Of a stretch of DNA of 64,000 nucleotides, positions 28,641-37,638 are shown in pieces; position 1 is the first letter of the stretch, and each line of letters begins with the position of its first letter. The position numbers and the translations under genes were made by a program. This stretch comes from Terriglobia bacterium (lineage in GTDB: Bacteria > Acidobacteriota > Terriglobia > Acidiferrales > UBA7541). Under the pieces are notes generated by a model. The model did no database searches. It worked only from the letters and a program-made list of their open reading frames with translations, and was not told the origin of the DNA. The stretch is taken from contig CAWFUN010000007.1 of the NCBI GenBank assembly GCA_963819015.1, forward strand, positions 677,741-741,740, given 5' to 3'.

Positions 28641-29810
28641 TTACTCCGTGAAGACGATGCCCACCGCCGCTTGATCTTTCTCCGGCCCCGGCTCGATGCG
28701 CACGACGTACGCCCGCAGCCGCATCGGCACGTTTTCCTGCCCGGGCTCCGCTGTGCTTTCGATCATCACGTGCAGCTCGGACTGCAGCTTCGGGCTATGG
28801 TCCAGGTAGATCATCGCGCCGTGCAAACTCAAATTGCGGATGACGGTGTCTTCCTCGAACGCCAGCCCGTCCCCCGTAAACCCGGTGACGTGCGCGCGGA
28901 AACTCGCTTCGCGCCGCAGCCCTTCGCGTACGGTCGGGATCACGACCCCGAACTTCCGCTCCCCCAGCGTGAGCACCATGCCCTCCGTCGCCGCCCATAC
29001 GCTCTCGAATTGCCCGCGCGCCTCCCTCAGAATCTCGTCCACGGCGCGGTCGGAGGAATCCGGATCGTGGTGAAACAGCACGAGGTTTCGCACGCCCACT
29101 TCCTGCGCGATGCGCACGCCCTCTAGCCAGCTCGAATGTCCCCAACCCTTGCGCGCCGTCGCGAGCTGCTGCGGCGTGAATTGCGCGTCGTGCACGAAGA
29201 TATCCGCGCCCTCCGCCAGCTCCCGCAAACTCTTGTCGAGCTTGGGGTCGCCCGGCTCGTTGTCCGTGGCATACACGACCGTTCCCACCGGCGTCTCAAA
29301 CCGGAATCCCAGGCATCCCTGCGGGTGATTCAGCCAGCGCGTGGTCACGCGCGCCCCGCACACCTCGAACCGCTCGCCGCCGTCCACTTCGGTGAATTCG
29401 CGCGACGCCGACATCGCGCTCAAATCCACGGGAAAATACGGATTGGCCATCTGCGCTTCGAAGACGCGCTTCAGACTGTCCGGCCCCAGCGATGGCGAGC
29501 GAAAACTGTAGAAGTGAAAACGATTCTCTCCCGCGTAGAGCGGCGAAAAAAATGGAATCCCCTGAATGTGGTCCCAGTGGTAGTGCGTCAGGAAGATGTG
29601 CGCGTTGGTTTCACGGCCGCCGCGATTCGCGGTCCAGTGCTTTCCGAGCGTCCGCAACCCGGTTCCGCAATCGAGAATGAACCGCGCGCCGGACGGAGTC
29701 TCCAGCTCCAGGCAAGGCGTGTTCCCGCCGTAGCGCCACGTCGCGCGGTCAACGGTCGGAGTGGATCCCCGCACGCCCCAGAAACTCAATTTGGCGATGG
29801 CTTCGGGCAT
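28641..29810 (-). CDS. MBL-fold metallo-hydrolase fused to a C-terminal PilZ domain
   Basis: N-terminal beta-lactamase-fold signature FLTHYHWDHIQG (HxHxDH) and ATDNEPGD. The C-terminal ~110 aa (RREASFRAHVTGF...RNLSLHGAMIYLD...RAYVVRIE) has the PilZ pattern (RxxxR ... D/NxSxxG). Confidence 0.65.
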   Translation of the reverse strand: MPEAIAKLSFWGVRGSTPTVDRATWRYGGNTPCLELETPSGARFILDCGTGLRTLGKHWTANRGGRETNAHIFLTHYHWDHIQGIPFFSPLYAGENRFHFYSFRSPSLGPDSLKRVFEAQMANPYFPVDLSAMSASREFTEVDGGERFEVCGARVTTRWLNHPQGCLGFRFETPVGTVVYATDNEPGDPKLDKSLRELAEGADIFVHDAQFTPQQLATARKGWGHSSWLEGVRIAQEVGVRNLVLFHHDPDSSDRAVDEILREARGQFESVWAATEGMVLTLGERKFGVVIPTVREGLRREASFRAHVTGFTGDGLAFEEDTVIRNLSLHGAMIYLDHSPKLQSELHVMIESTAEPGQENVPMRLRAYVVRIEPGPEKDQAAVGIVFTE

Positions 29811-29915
29811 GTCCCCACGTTTCGGATTTTCTTCCGCTGCTCCGCACCCGGCGCCGAACCCTTCGGAAACTCGGGGATTCAGCGCGTTTTTTCATCGTAA
29901 GCAGCGCCGAAAGCC

Positions 29916-29929
29916 AAGTCAATTGACTT
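29916..29929. promoter_or_regulatory. perfect 14-bp palindrome AAGTCAATTGACTT in the divergent promoter region between the MBL-PilZ gene and the CDF transporter
   Basis: Exact dyad symmetry. A T6 tract and a ttcggaaactcgggg run lie just upstream, 75-90 nt before the CDF start. Confidence 0.25.
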
Positions 29930-30005
29930 TGCGGCCGGGCGTGCGCAGCGCGCATATCCGCAGTCCGGCAGGACGTTTCCCGCCTTCCCGCAGTAGAATG
30001 GCAAC

Positions 30006-30953
30006 ATGCACGTGCACGCCGGCGAACACGATCACGCGCACGGCCCCCACGATCACGGCGCGGTAATTGGCCGGGGCGTCTTTGCCGGCGCGATGGCCGC
30101 CACCCTCGCGCTCGTCGCGGCGGAACTCGCGGGGGGCTACTTTGGCCATTCCATCGCTTTGCTGGGCGACGCCGTTCACAAATTCTCCGATGTTCCCGCG
30201 TTGCTCATCTCCTGGCTGGCCGCGGTGTGGTCCCAGCTCCCCGCGGACTCGCAGCGGACGTACGGCTACCGCCGCGCGGGCACGCTCGCCGCGTTCATCA
30301 ACGGCATCCTGCTCGTGTTCGTCGCGCTGGGGCTGTTCTACGAAGCGTTCGATCGCTTCCGCCATCCCGTCGCCGTGCGGGAAAGCTGGATGATTGTCGT
30401 CTCGCTCGGCGCGCTCGTCGTGAATGGCGGCATCACGCTGGCCCTGATTCGCGGACGCCACGACCTCAATCTGCGCAGCGTGCTCGTTCACAATCTGGGT
30501 GACGCGCTCTCCAACGTCGGCATTCTCATCGGCGCGATCGCGATTCGCGCGACCGGCGCGCGCTGGCTCGATCCCGCCATTGGAGCCGCAATCGGCGTGC
30601 TGGTCCTGTGGTCCACGTGGGGAATCTTGAAGGAGTCGGGGAATATCCTGCTCGAAGGTTTGCCGAAAGGCCTCAACGTCGAAAATGTCGCGCGAGCGAT
30701 CCTAAGCGTCGAGGGCGTCCGCGAAATCCACGATATTCACATCTGGACGATCGGCACGGGCCTGCATGCCCTCTCGTGCCACGTCCGCATTCCGGATATG
30801 CACATGGCCGAAAGCGAAAAAATCCTCGCCGCCATCCAGCAGCGCCTCGCCTCGGAATTTCACATCACGCACGTTACCGTGCAGCTCGAGCGCGCCGGCC
30901 TACCCAAAGACGCCGGCCTCTTCATGCCGGAACCCTTCCAGCCGGTGGAATAG
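30006..30953 (+). CDS. cation diffusion facilitator family transporter (CzcD-like) with a His-rich N-terminus
   Basis: 315 aa; His-rich start MHVHAGEHDHAHGPHDHG, 6 TM segments, HxxxD motifs (HKFSD, HNLGD), and a C-terminal cytoplasmic domain. Confidence 0.9.
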   Translation: MHVHAGEHDHAHGPHDHGAVIGRGVFAGAMAATLALVAAELAGGYFGHSIALLGDAVHKFSDVPALLISWLAAVWSQLPADSQRTYGYRRAGTLAAFINGILLVFVALGLFYEAFDRFRHPVAVRESWMIVVSLGALVVNGGITLALIRGRHDLNLRSVLVHNLGDALSNVGILIGAIAIRATGARWLDPAIGAAIGVLVLWSTWGILKESGNILLEGLPKGLNVENVARAILSVEGVREIHDIHIWTIGTGLHALSCHVRIPDMHMAESEKILAAIQQRLASEFHITHVTVQLERAGLPKDAGLFMPEPFQPVE

Positions 30954-30989
30954 CCGGACGGCCGCCTTGCTGCGCCGCGATTACGTCAG

Positions 30990-33011
30990 TCAGGGCTTTG
31001 CCGGCGTCTTGTCTGGGAGCGCGGGAGCCCCGCTCTTCTCCGCGGGTGCTTTGCCGCCCTTCGTTCCGTCGCCGCCGCTCCCCGCGAGGAAACGCATCGC
31101 TGTCGCTGCGAGGCCGTCCATCGCGCCGCCGCCCGATCCGCCGGTCACCAGAATGTCCGGCACGAATTTCGACATGCCTTGCGATAACGACGTGATCACG
31201 TTCACCAGCGCCGTGGCGTTTGATCCCAGCGCCTCCACCTGCGCCTGGTAACCCTTCGCCCGCGCGAGTCCCACCGCTTCCACTTCCGCTCCGCGCGCCG
31301 TGCCGGTCTGGCGGATGTACTCCGCCTCGCCGCGCGCTTCTTCCGTGCGCGCATTGGCGTTGTTCGTCTTGATGTCCACGCCGACCTTCGATTTCGCGAG
31401 GTCGGACTGCATGTCCGCCGTGCCCTTGGAGTTTTCCATGGCGATGCGCTCTTCCTGCGCCGAGCGCTGCTTCTTGTACGTCTCGATCTCCTGGTTCGCG
31501 ACCTCGCGCTGCGTCAGCACCGTGACCAGCGCCTCCGGCAGAATCACGTCCTGGATGTACACGCCGCGCGTCTCCACGCGGTACTGTTCCAGTTGCTCCT
31601 TGATGTGCTCGAAACCCTCCTCCTGCACCTGCTGGCGTGTCTCGATGAAGCGGATGGCCGGCATGCTCTGCAATTTGTTGCGGAAGTGGTTGCCCACCGC
31701 CGCCTGCAACACTTCGTTCACGAGGTTCTTCATCGTGCCGACCATCGAGATCACGCGCGGCGCGTTGACGTCCGGCACGTGAATCTGCACCTGCAAATCA
31801 ATGTTGAAGACGAATCCTTCGTTGCTCTTGGCCACGATCTGCTTCAATTCCGCGTCCAGATTGTGCGCATCGGACACCGCGTCCGCCCAATTCAGCGTCA
31901 GGATCGAGGTCGGCACGATCTCCGCCTGGTAGCAGCGCGGATTCAGCGGATATTTCCCCGTCCGCAGCGGCTCTTCCCAGATTCCGCGATGTCCCGGATG
32001 CACCAGCGAGCCGAATTTGAAATCCGAGCCCGAAGTGTCTTGCGTGGGCAATCCTACGTACGCCTTGATCACCGCGACCTGCCCCTGCTGCACGACGAGC
32101 ATACCCACAAGCTCGACGCTCACAAGAAACGGATTGAGCGCGTACGCGCCATACAGCAGCGGGTCGTGCTGCAAGCCGATCCGCCCGCCATTGTCGAGAA
32201 ATCCCTGAAAATCCTGATAATTGTTGTGTAGGTTGTTTTTGTTTCCGAGCAGCACTTCGATCACTTCGCCTTCTTTGGCGTTCGCCTGTTCCATCGTGGC
32301 GATGTCGGCGAAGCCCCCGAGCCGGCCCGCGATGTCGCCCGAAGGCAGCGGGTCGCCTTCGTACGTGGTCACGATTCCCACAACGTCCATCAGCGCGCGC
32401 TCTTTTCCGTACTGTTGCGGCTCGATTCGCACGAGCTCGAGCTGCTCCGGGCGCAATCCGAACGCCGCAGCAGTAAGATGCCCGGACCTGCCGCCCGTGG
32501 CCCGCAATTCCGGCGAGATCGGCAGCCCGTACACCTGGCTCTTCGTCACCACCAGAAAGCCGACCGGGTGAATCGGCGCCAGCGTTCCCGGCGAAAGCAC
32601 CGGCCGCTGCACGCCCTTCTGTCCGCCGCCCGTCACGAACCCGCGCAAATCCGAAAAATTCCCGAATGCTTTCTTGTACACCGCCGATTTCGCTCCGATC
32701 GGCAGCGGCGCGCCCACTTGCGCAATCACCACGCCCACTTCTCCCGCCTGCACTTGCACCCACGGGAATTTCTCCACCTGATAGATCAGCCAGGCCTTCC
32801 AACGCAGCCCGGGCATCAGCATATCGGCCTGATAACCCGCTTCCCCGCGAAACGCGATCGCGTTGTCATTGGAGAGTTTCTTGAACGAGATGCGCTTCAG
32901 CACCAACCCGACTTCGGTCGGCCCCACGCGCCGAAAGGACATCAGGACGTAGAGAACGGCGAACAGCCCGACGGTGTAAATCCAAGTGGAATAAGCAAGT
33001 CCCAATAGCAT
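30990..33011 (-). CDS. flotillin-like SPFH/band-7 domain protein
   Basis: Start taken at MLLGLAYSTWIYTV (GAGGTG 7 nt upstream); the track ORF starts 10 codons earlier. N-terminal TM, SPFH domain, then a long E/A/Q-rich coiled coil (AQEERIAMENSKG...EEARGEAEYIRQTG) typical of flotillins/YqiK. Confidence 0.8.
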   Translation of the reverse strand: MLLGLAYSTWIYTVGLFAVLYVLMSFRRVGPTEVGLVLKRISFKKLSNDNAIAFRGEAGYQADMLMPGLRWKAWLIYQVEKFPWVQVQAGEVGVVIAQVGAPLPIGAKSAVYKKAFGNFSDLRGFVTGGGQKGVQRPVLSPGTLAPIHPVGFLVVTKSQVYGLPISPELRATGGRSGHLTAAAFGLRPEQLELVRIEPQQYGKERALMDVVGIVTTYEGDPLPSGDIAGRLGGFADIATMEQANAKEGEVIEVLLGNKNNLHNNYQDFQGFLDNGGRIGLQHDPLLYGAYALNPFLVSVELVGMLVVQQGQVAVIKAYVGLPTQDTSGSDFKFGSLVHPGHRGIWEEPLRTGKYPLNPRCYQAEIVPTSILTLNWADAVSDAHNLDAELKQIVAKSNEGFVFNIDLQVQIHVPDVNAPRVISMVGTMKNLVNEVLQAAVGNHFRNKLQSMPAIRFIETRQQVQEEGFEHIKEQLEQYRVETRGVYIQDVILPEALVTVLTQREVANQEIETYKKQRSAQEERIAMENSKGTADMQSDLAKSKVGVDIKTNNANARTEEARGEAEYIRQTGTARGAEVEAVGLARAKGYQAQVEALGSNATALVNVITSLSQGMSKFVPDILVTGGSGGGAMDGLAATAMRFLAGSGGDGTKGGKAPAEKSGAPALPDKTPAKP

Positions 33012-33089
33012 GACAGGCACCTCACTTCGCGCTGCCCGCATCCTGCGCGTTTGCCGCTCTGCGTGTCAAGTTGGCGCAAGCCGCCCCGC

Positions 33090-34823
33090 ATGGACGCTCG
33101 CGCGCACGCGCCATATACTCGTCGCGTGAGCGCCTCTCCGGATCTTCACGCATTGCTCCGCCGTTACTGGGGCTACCATGAATTTCGTCCGTTGCAGGAG
33201 AGGATCGTCCGCAGTCTGCTCGGCGGCCACGACGTCTGCGTCGTGATGCCAACCGGCGGCGGCAAATCGCTCTGCTACCAATTGCCCGCCGCGACGCTCT
33301 CCGCGCAAACCGTGGTCGTGCTCTCGCCATTGATCGCGCTGATGCAGGATCAAGTCGCGCAACTCACTCAGGTCGGCATCCCCGCCGCATTCCTTAACAG
33401 CACGCTCTCGGAACACGAGCAGTCCACCCTAATCCGCCGCGCCCGCGCGGGAAGCTATCGCCTCCTTTATCTCTCTCCCGAGCGCCTCGCCCGCCAGGAC
33501 ACCATCGAATGGCTCCGCCAAGTCCCCGTCTCGCTTTTCGCCATTGACGAGGCGCACTGCATTTCCGAGTGGGGCCACGAATTCCGCCCGGAGTACCGCA
33601 AGCTGGCCAGCCTGCGAGAGCATTTTCCCAATTGCCCCATCGCGGCCTTCACCGCCAGCGCCACGCGCCACGTCCGACACGACATCATCGAGCAGCTCCG
33701 CCTACGCGATCCCGATAAGTACATCGCCAGCTTTCATCGCCCCAATCTGCGTTATGTAGTGAAGGAGTGCGACGCACGCACGCAGGGCACTCTGCTCGTG
33801 CGCGCCTTGCGGGCGCACACCACCGGCAGCGTTATCGTCTATGCGCCGACGATCGCGCGCGTCGCGCAAACCGTTGCCTTGCTCGAAGCAGCAGGAATCC
33901 CCGCCATCCCCTACCACGGGAGAATGGACGCCCGCGAGCGCCGCGACAATCAGGAGCGCTGGATGTCCAACGAAGCGCGCGTCCTGGTCGGCACGATCGC
34001 ATTCGGTTTGGGCATCAATAAGGCCGCCGTGCGCGCCGTCATCCATCTCTCGCTGCCGAAATCCATCGAACAGTATTATCAAGAGGCCGGGCGTGCCGGA
34101 CGCGACGGCCAGCCCGCCGATTGCATCCTCCTGTGGCAAAAATTCGACGTGGGCCTGCTCACGCATTTCATCCAGCAAATTGAAGACCCCGAGGAAAAAG
34201 AGCGCGCATGGAAGCGTTACCACGCCATCCGCCACTTCGTGGATACGCCCGTCTGCCGTCATCGCCAGATCTGTCTCCACTTCGGCGAAATTCGCAAAGA
34301 GCATTCCTGCAACGCCTGCGACGTCTGTGGCTGCGGCCTAGAATGGCTCGATGAGCCCGTAATCGCCGCACGCGCAAAGCGCAAACGCAGGCGCACGAAA
34401 GCGCCCTATACGCCGCAAGCGCCCGCGACGAAAGCAAGAAAAACTCCCGGTCAACTCCTGGGACGCCCTCGTCAGGGCACGGCTTCAGCAGTGCCGAAAA
34501 GCCTCAAGACCTCAGGGGTTTTAACCCCTGAGGCCAGCGCAATGGACGGTCGCACTTCTGTTGAGACGCGTCCTGGCAGCACCGCCGCCGTGGTTCCCCC
34601 ATCCGATCTCTTTGAAGCCCTCCGCCAATGGCGCCAAAAAGCCGCCAGAGAACAGAATGTCCCAGCCTTCGTCGTAATGCACGATACGACTCTGGAAGAG
34701 ATTTGCCGCACGCGCCCCCGCACGCTGGCCGAACTGTACGAAGTCCACGGCATCGGCGAACGAAAGTTGGAAATGTACGGCAAGCAAATCCTGGACACTT
34801 TGAAGAACTCCTTGCCTTCGTAG
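33090..34823 (+). CDS. recQ: ATP-dependent DNA helicase RecQ
   Basis: YWGYHEFRPLQERIV, PTGGGKSLCYQLPA, DEAHCISEWGHEFRPEY, the zinc-binding CRH..CNAC.DVC cluster and a C-terminal HRDC domain. Start chosen at the MDARAH ATG; an alternative is at 33051. Confidence 0.9.
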   Translation: MDARAHAPYTRRVSASPDLHALLRRYWGYHEFRPLQERIVRSLLGGHDVCVVMPTGGGKSLCYQLPAATLSAQTVVVLSPLIALMQDQVAQLTQVGIPAAFLNSTLSEHEQSTLIRRARAGSYRLLYLSPERLARQDTIEWLRQVPVSLFAIDEAHCISEWGHEFRPEYRKLASLREHFPNCPIAAFTASATRHVRHDIIEQLRLRDPDKYIASFHRPNLRYVVKECDARTQGTLLVRALRAHTTGSVIVYAPTIARVAQTVALLEAAGIPAIPYHGRMDARERRDNQERWMSNEARVLVGTIAFGLGINKAAVRAVIHLSLPKSIEQYYQEAGRAGRDGQPADCILLWQKFDVGLLTHFIQQIEDPEEKERAWKRYHAIRHFVDTPVCRHRQICLHFGEIRKEHSCNACDVCGCGLEWLDEPVIAARAKRKRRRTKAPYTPQAPATKARKTPGQLLGRPRQGTASAVPKSLKTSGVLTPEASAMDGRTSVETRPGSTAAVVPPSDLFEALRQWRQKAAREQNVPAFVVMHDTTLEEICRTRPRTLAELYEVHGIGERKLEMYGKQILDTLKNSLPS

Positions 34824-35006
34824 TGGCGAGCGATTTCCGCGAGTTCCGCTCAACACGGGCCGCAAGCCAATCGTCCGATTCTTTGCTTGCTTCCCTGCCT
34901 CCTTGCATCCTTGCCTCTGCCCAGCCCGCCACTCGCCACTCATCACCGGCCACTCCCCCGTGGGTCCACACGCATGCCCCGGACAGTGCTCGCTTGGTGG
35001 TAGAAT

Positions 35007-35747
35007 TTGCCCGCCTTGGCTAAATCTGCGACCAAATCAGACTTTCGTCTGCTCGCTGAGTTTCGGAAGCTTTTCGAAGGGCGACTGTACAAACACCGCG
35101 CTTCGAATCAGGGCGACTACGTCGCTATGCAACTTTACGAGGACCTTTTCACTATCGATAGATCTCCCAAGCTGGTCAAGGAAATTAAGGGCGGAATTCT
35201 GGTATTGAACGTAGCGAATAAGCTTCAGGGCATCCGGGCGAGGCGCGGAGACGGGACCCTGGGAGAGATCGTTCCGGGAGAAACACCAATCCGAGACGCA
35301 GGTTACGCCGTCGCGCGGGGCAAGATCGCAACGGTGGTAATTGGCGTGGAGGTAAAAATCCTCGCCAAGGCAATGATCAAACAGATAGACAGGGTTACCA
35401 ACGATCTCCGCAATCAGGTGGTCCAATTTCGAAGGGGCGGTGGTCAGCCGTTCTGCGTCGGAATTGTTGGAATAAATCAAGCCGACCACTACGTCAGCTT
35501 CGAAGGTGACAGGCCTTGGCCTACAACGGGGAAAGGCGGCTATCTACATCCCATCCAAGAGGCAGCGGAAGCAGAGCGGAGGCTGCTCGAGCTAGCTGCT
35601 CCCGCATACAGCGAGTTTCTTGTGCTTCGCTACAAAGCAACCAACGAGAAACCGTGTCCTTTTCAATGGGTGGATTTTGGCGAAACACGCCTGAACTATG
35701 CAGCAGTCCTGACCCGAATCAGCAGTGGCTTCCAGCAAAGATCGTAG
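35007..35747 (+). CDS. putative Type II restriction endonuclease (PD-(D/E)xK fold), family not recognised
   Basis: 246 aa with no family match I can name. Candidate catalytic motif D(AGYAVARGKIATVVIG)VEVK (D...ExK). Convergent with, and ending 6 nt from, a beta-class DNA MTase. Lower GC than its flanks. Confidence 0.5.
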   Translation: MPALAKSATKSDFRLLAEFRKLFEGRLYKHRASNQGDYVAMQLYEDLFTIDRSPKLVKEIKGGILVLNVANKLQGIRARRGDGTLGEIVPGETPIRDAGYAVARGKIATVVIGVEVKILAKAMIKQIDRVTNDLRNQVVQFRRGGGQPFCVGIVGINQADHYVSFEGDRPWPTTGKGGYLHPIQEAAEAERRLLELAAPAYSEFLVLRYKATNEKPCPFQWVDFGETRLNYAAVLTRISSGFQQRS

Positions 35748-35752
35748 GAACC

Positions 35753-36763
35753 TCAGCCGGCGGCGAAGCGCACGGTCGCCGTGGTAAAAAGCGACGAAGT
35801 ATCTTCTGCAATTCGTTTGCGGGCGAGTTTGAAGTAATGCTCGTCAATCTCGTAACCGATGCTGTTCCGACCCCATTTCGCAGCCGCGACGGTCGTCGTT
35901 CCCGTGCCCAGGAATGGGTCAAGCACCGTGTCACCGACGAAGCTGAACATGCGAATCAGTCTCTCAGCGAGCTCCGTCGGAAATGGCGCAGGGTGATGCT
36001 TCGTCGAAGCGCCCGTCAGACCGTTCCAGATTTGCTGGAACCATTTCTTGTGATTTTCCGCCGAAATCAAACTTAGAATTTTCGTCGGAATGTCGGGAGC
36101 GCGATACCCGCCCGGTTTGCGCTCCATCAGGATAAACTCGATGTCGTTCTTGATCACCGCGTTCGGCTCGTAGGGTTTGCCGAGAAATCCCGAGCCGCCT
36201 TCCACCTCATAGGCCGCATTGGCGATCTTGTGCCAGATAATCGGCGCGAGATTGTCGAATCCAATTTTCCGGCAATGCTCTTGGATGGACGCATGCAGCG
36301 GAACAACCGTGTGTCGACCTCCGTTCTCTCTGCGTGAGAGACACACGTCCCCCACCACGCAAATCAAACGCCCGCCCGGGACCAGGGCTCCGAAACTGTG
36401 CTTCCAGACTTTGTCTAGTTCATGAAGGAATTGGTCGTAATCCTCAATGTGACCAAGCTGCGAGTCGTTGTCCCTGTACTCCTTCAGCGTCCAATAAGGC
36501 GGCGACGTCAATATGAGATGCACGCTCCCGGGCTCGACGCTCTCCATCTCGCGCGCATCGCCCAAATGCAGTTCGTGTCTTGTGGGAATCGATTGGACGG
36601 CCCGCTCAATCCGCCGCACCGACTGTTCGTCCTTCGCCAGCCGCGGAATATCCTCCTGCGCGTCGCCCAGTTCTCGCAGCTCAGTCGGAACAAATGAAGA
36701 CAGGTCAGCAATCGTCGTTTCCGGCGAATCATCAATCGGCTTGCGCTTCGCGGCTACATGCAT
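35753..36763 (-). CDS. DNA methyltransferase, beta-class (N4-cytosine/N6-adenine); SPPY catalytic motif precedes the FxGxGTT SAM motif
   Basis: 336 aa; LILTSPPYW (motif IV) near the N-terminus and DPFLGTGTTTVAA (motif I) near the C-terminus, a circularly permuted beta-class order. SPPY is typical of N4C MTases (inference). Confidence 0.85.
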   Translation of the reverse strand: MHVAAKRKPIDDSPETTIADLSSFVPTELRELGDAQEDIPRLAKDEQSVRRIERAVQSIPTRHELHLGDAREMESVEPGSVHLILTSPPYWTLKEYRDNDSQLGHIEDYDQFLHELDKVWKHSFGALVPGGRLICVVGDVCLSRRENGGRHTVVPLHASIQEHCRKIGFDNLAPIIWHKIANAAYEVEGGSGFLGKPYEPNAVIKNDIEFILMERKPGGYRAPDIPTKILSLISAENHKKWFQQIWNGLTGASTKHHPAPFPTELAERLIRMFSFVGDTVLDPFLGTGTTTVAAAKWGRNSIGYEIDEHYFKLARKRIAEDTSSLFTTATVRFAAG

Positions 36764-36996
36764 GGGCTAGAGACTACTGCGCACAGAGTAGGTCGTCAAT
36801 CGCACGTGTGGCCCGGCCCCTGACGTTAGGGTGGCCACCTTTTTCCGGCGGCGGGACCTCTGACGGCGCAACCGCTCCCTCCACTGTCGCGCCCCGTCCC
36901 CATCTGGAAGGGATCAAGCCCGCTGCGGCGACAGCCACGCGCTGAAGCATCGCCCATCGCCCCCGCCTCCATCCGGCCTTTCCAGACGCGCGCCGG

Positions 36997-37221
36997 GTGT
37001 GTTATAAGCATCGCTCCATGCTTCGTCCGGTGGGGGAACTTCAAACGGCAATCCAGGAAAGCCCGGGCGAGGCTGGGTCCCGGCATTCTGAGGCAGCGCG
37101 CCCCGCGGAACGGCACGCATCGAGCTTCTGCCCGGCGTGCTCGGCGCAGCTCGAACCGCACCGCTGCAAACTGGTATGCTCCCGGTGCGGGTACTATATG
37201 TCCTGTTCGGACTACATTTGA
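36997..37221 (+). CDS. possible small zinc-ribbon protein
   Basis: 74-aa ORF (or 67 aa from MLRPVGEL) ending CPACSAQLEPHRCKLVCSRCGYYMSCSDYI (CxxC...CxxC). No RBS seen; weak support. Confidence 0.25.
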   Translation: MCYKHRSMLRPVGELQTAIQESPGEAGSRHSEAARPAERHASSFCPACSAQLEPHRCKLVCSRCGYYMSCSDYI

Positions 37222-37267
37222 GACCGCCGGCGCGGCGGCTCAGCTAGATTTGCGAGGAGGTTGGATC

Positions 37268-37618
37268 GTGGCACTGAAACTGTCGGATCGGCAAGTGGAT
37301 GGAGTGGAAGTGGTGGCACTCGAAGGACGAATCGTGCTCGGCGAAGAGAGCAACGCGCTTCGTGAAAAAGTGAAGGGTTTTCTCGCGGCCGGCAAAAAGA
37401 ACATCGTGCTCAACATGAGCAACGTCACCTACATTGACAGCGCGGGGCTCGGCACCCTGGTCGCGTCGCACCACAGCGCGAAAACGCAAGGCGCGAGCCT
37501 CAAGCTGTCCAATCTCGGCCAAAAATTTCAGGAAGTCTTGCAGGTCACGAAGCTGCTGACCGTCTTCGAGGTCTACGACTCCGAAGCCGCCGCCATCCGC
37601 AGCTTCAGCGGCAAGTAG
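37268..37618 (+). CDS. STAS-domain anti-sigma-factor antagonist (SpoIIAA-like)
   Basis: GTG start 7 nt after AGGAGG. VALKLSDRQVDGVEVVALEGRIVLGEESNALREKV...NMSNVTYIDSAGLGTLV, with a conserved Ser in the DSAGLG context. Confidence 0.8.
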   Translation: MALKLSDRQVDGVEVVALEGRIVLGEESNALREKVKGFLAAGKKNIVLNMSNVTYIDSAGLGTLVASHHSAKTQGASLKLSNLGQKFQEVLQVTKLLTVFEVYDSEAAAIRSFSGK

Positions 37619-37638
37619 CAGCGCCGCCAGGCCGCGAC

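Noticed and set aside
28795-30491. ORFs antisense to MBL-PilZ and CDF (for example 29136..29900, 29919..30491)
   Set aside because: Antisense frames with low-complexity translations.
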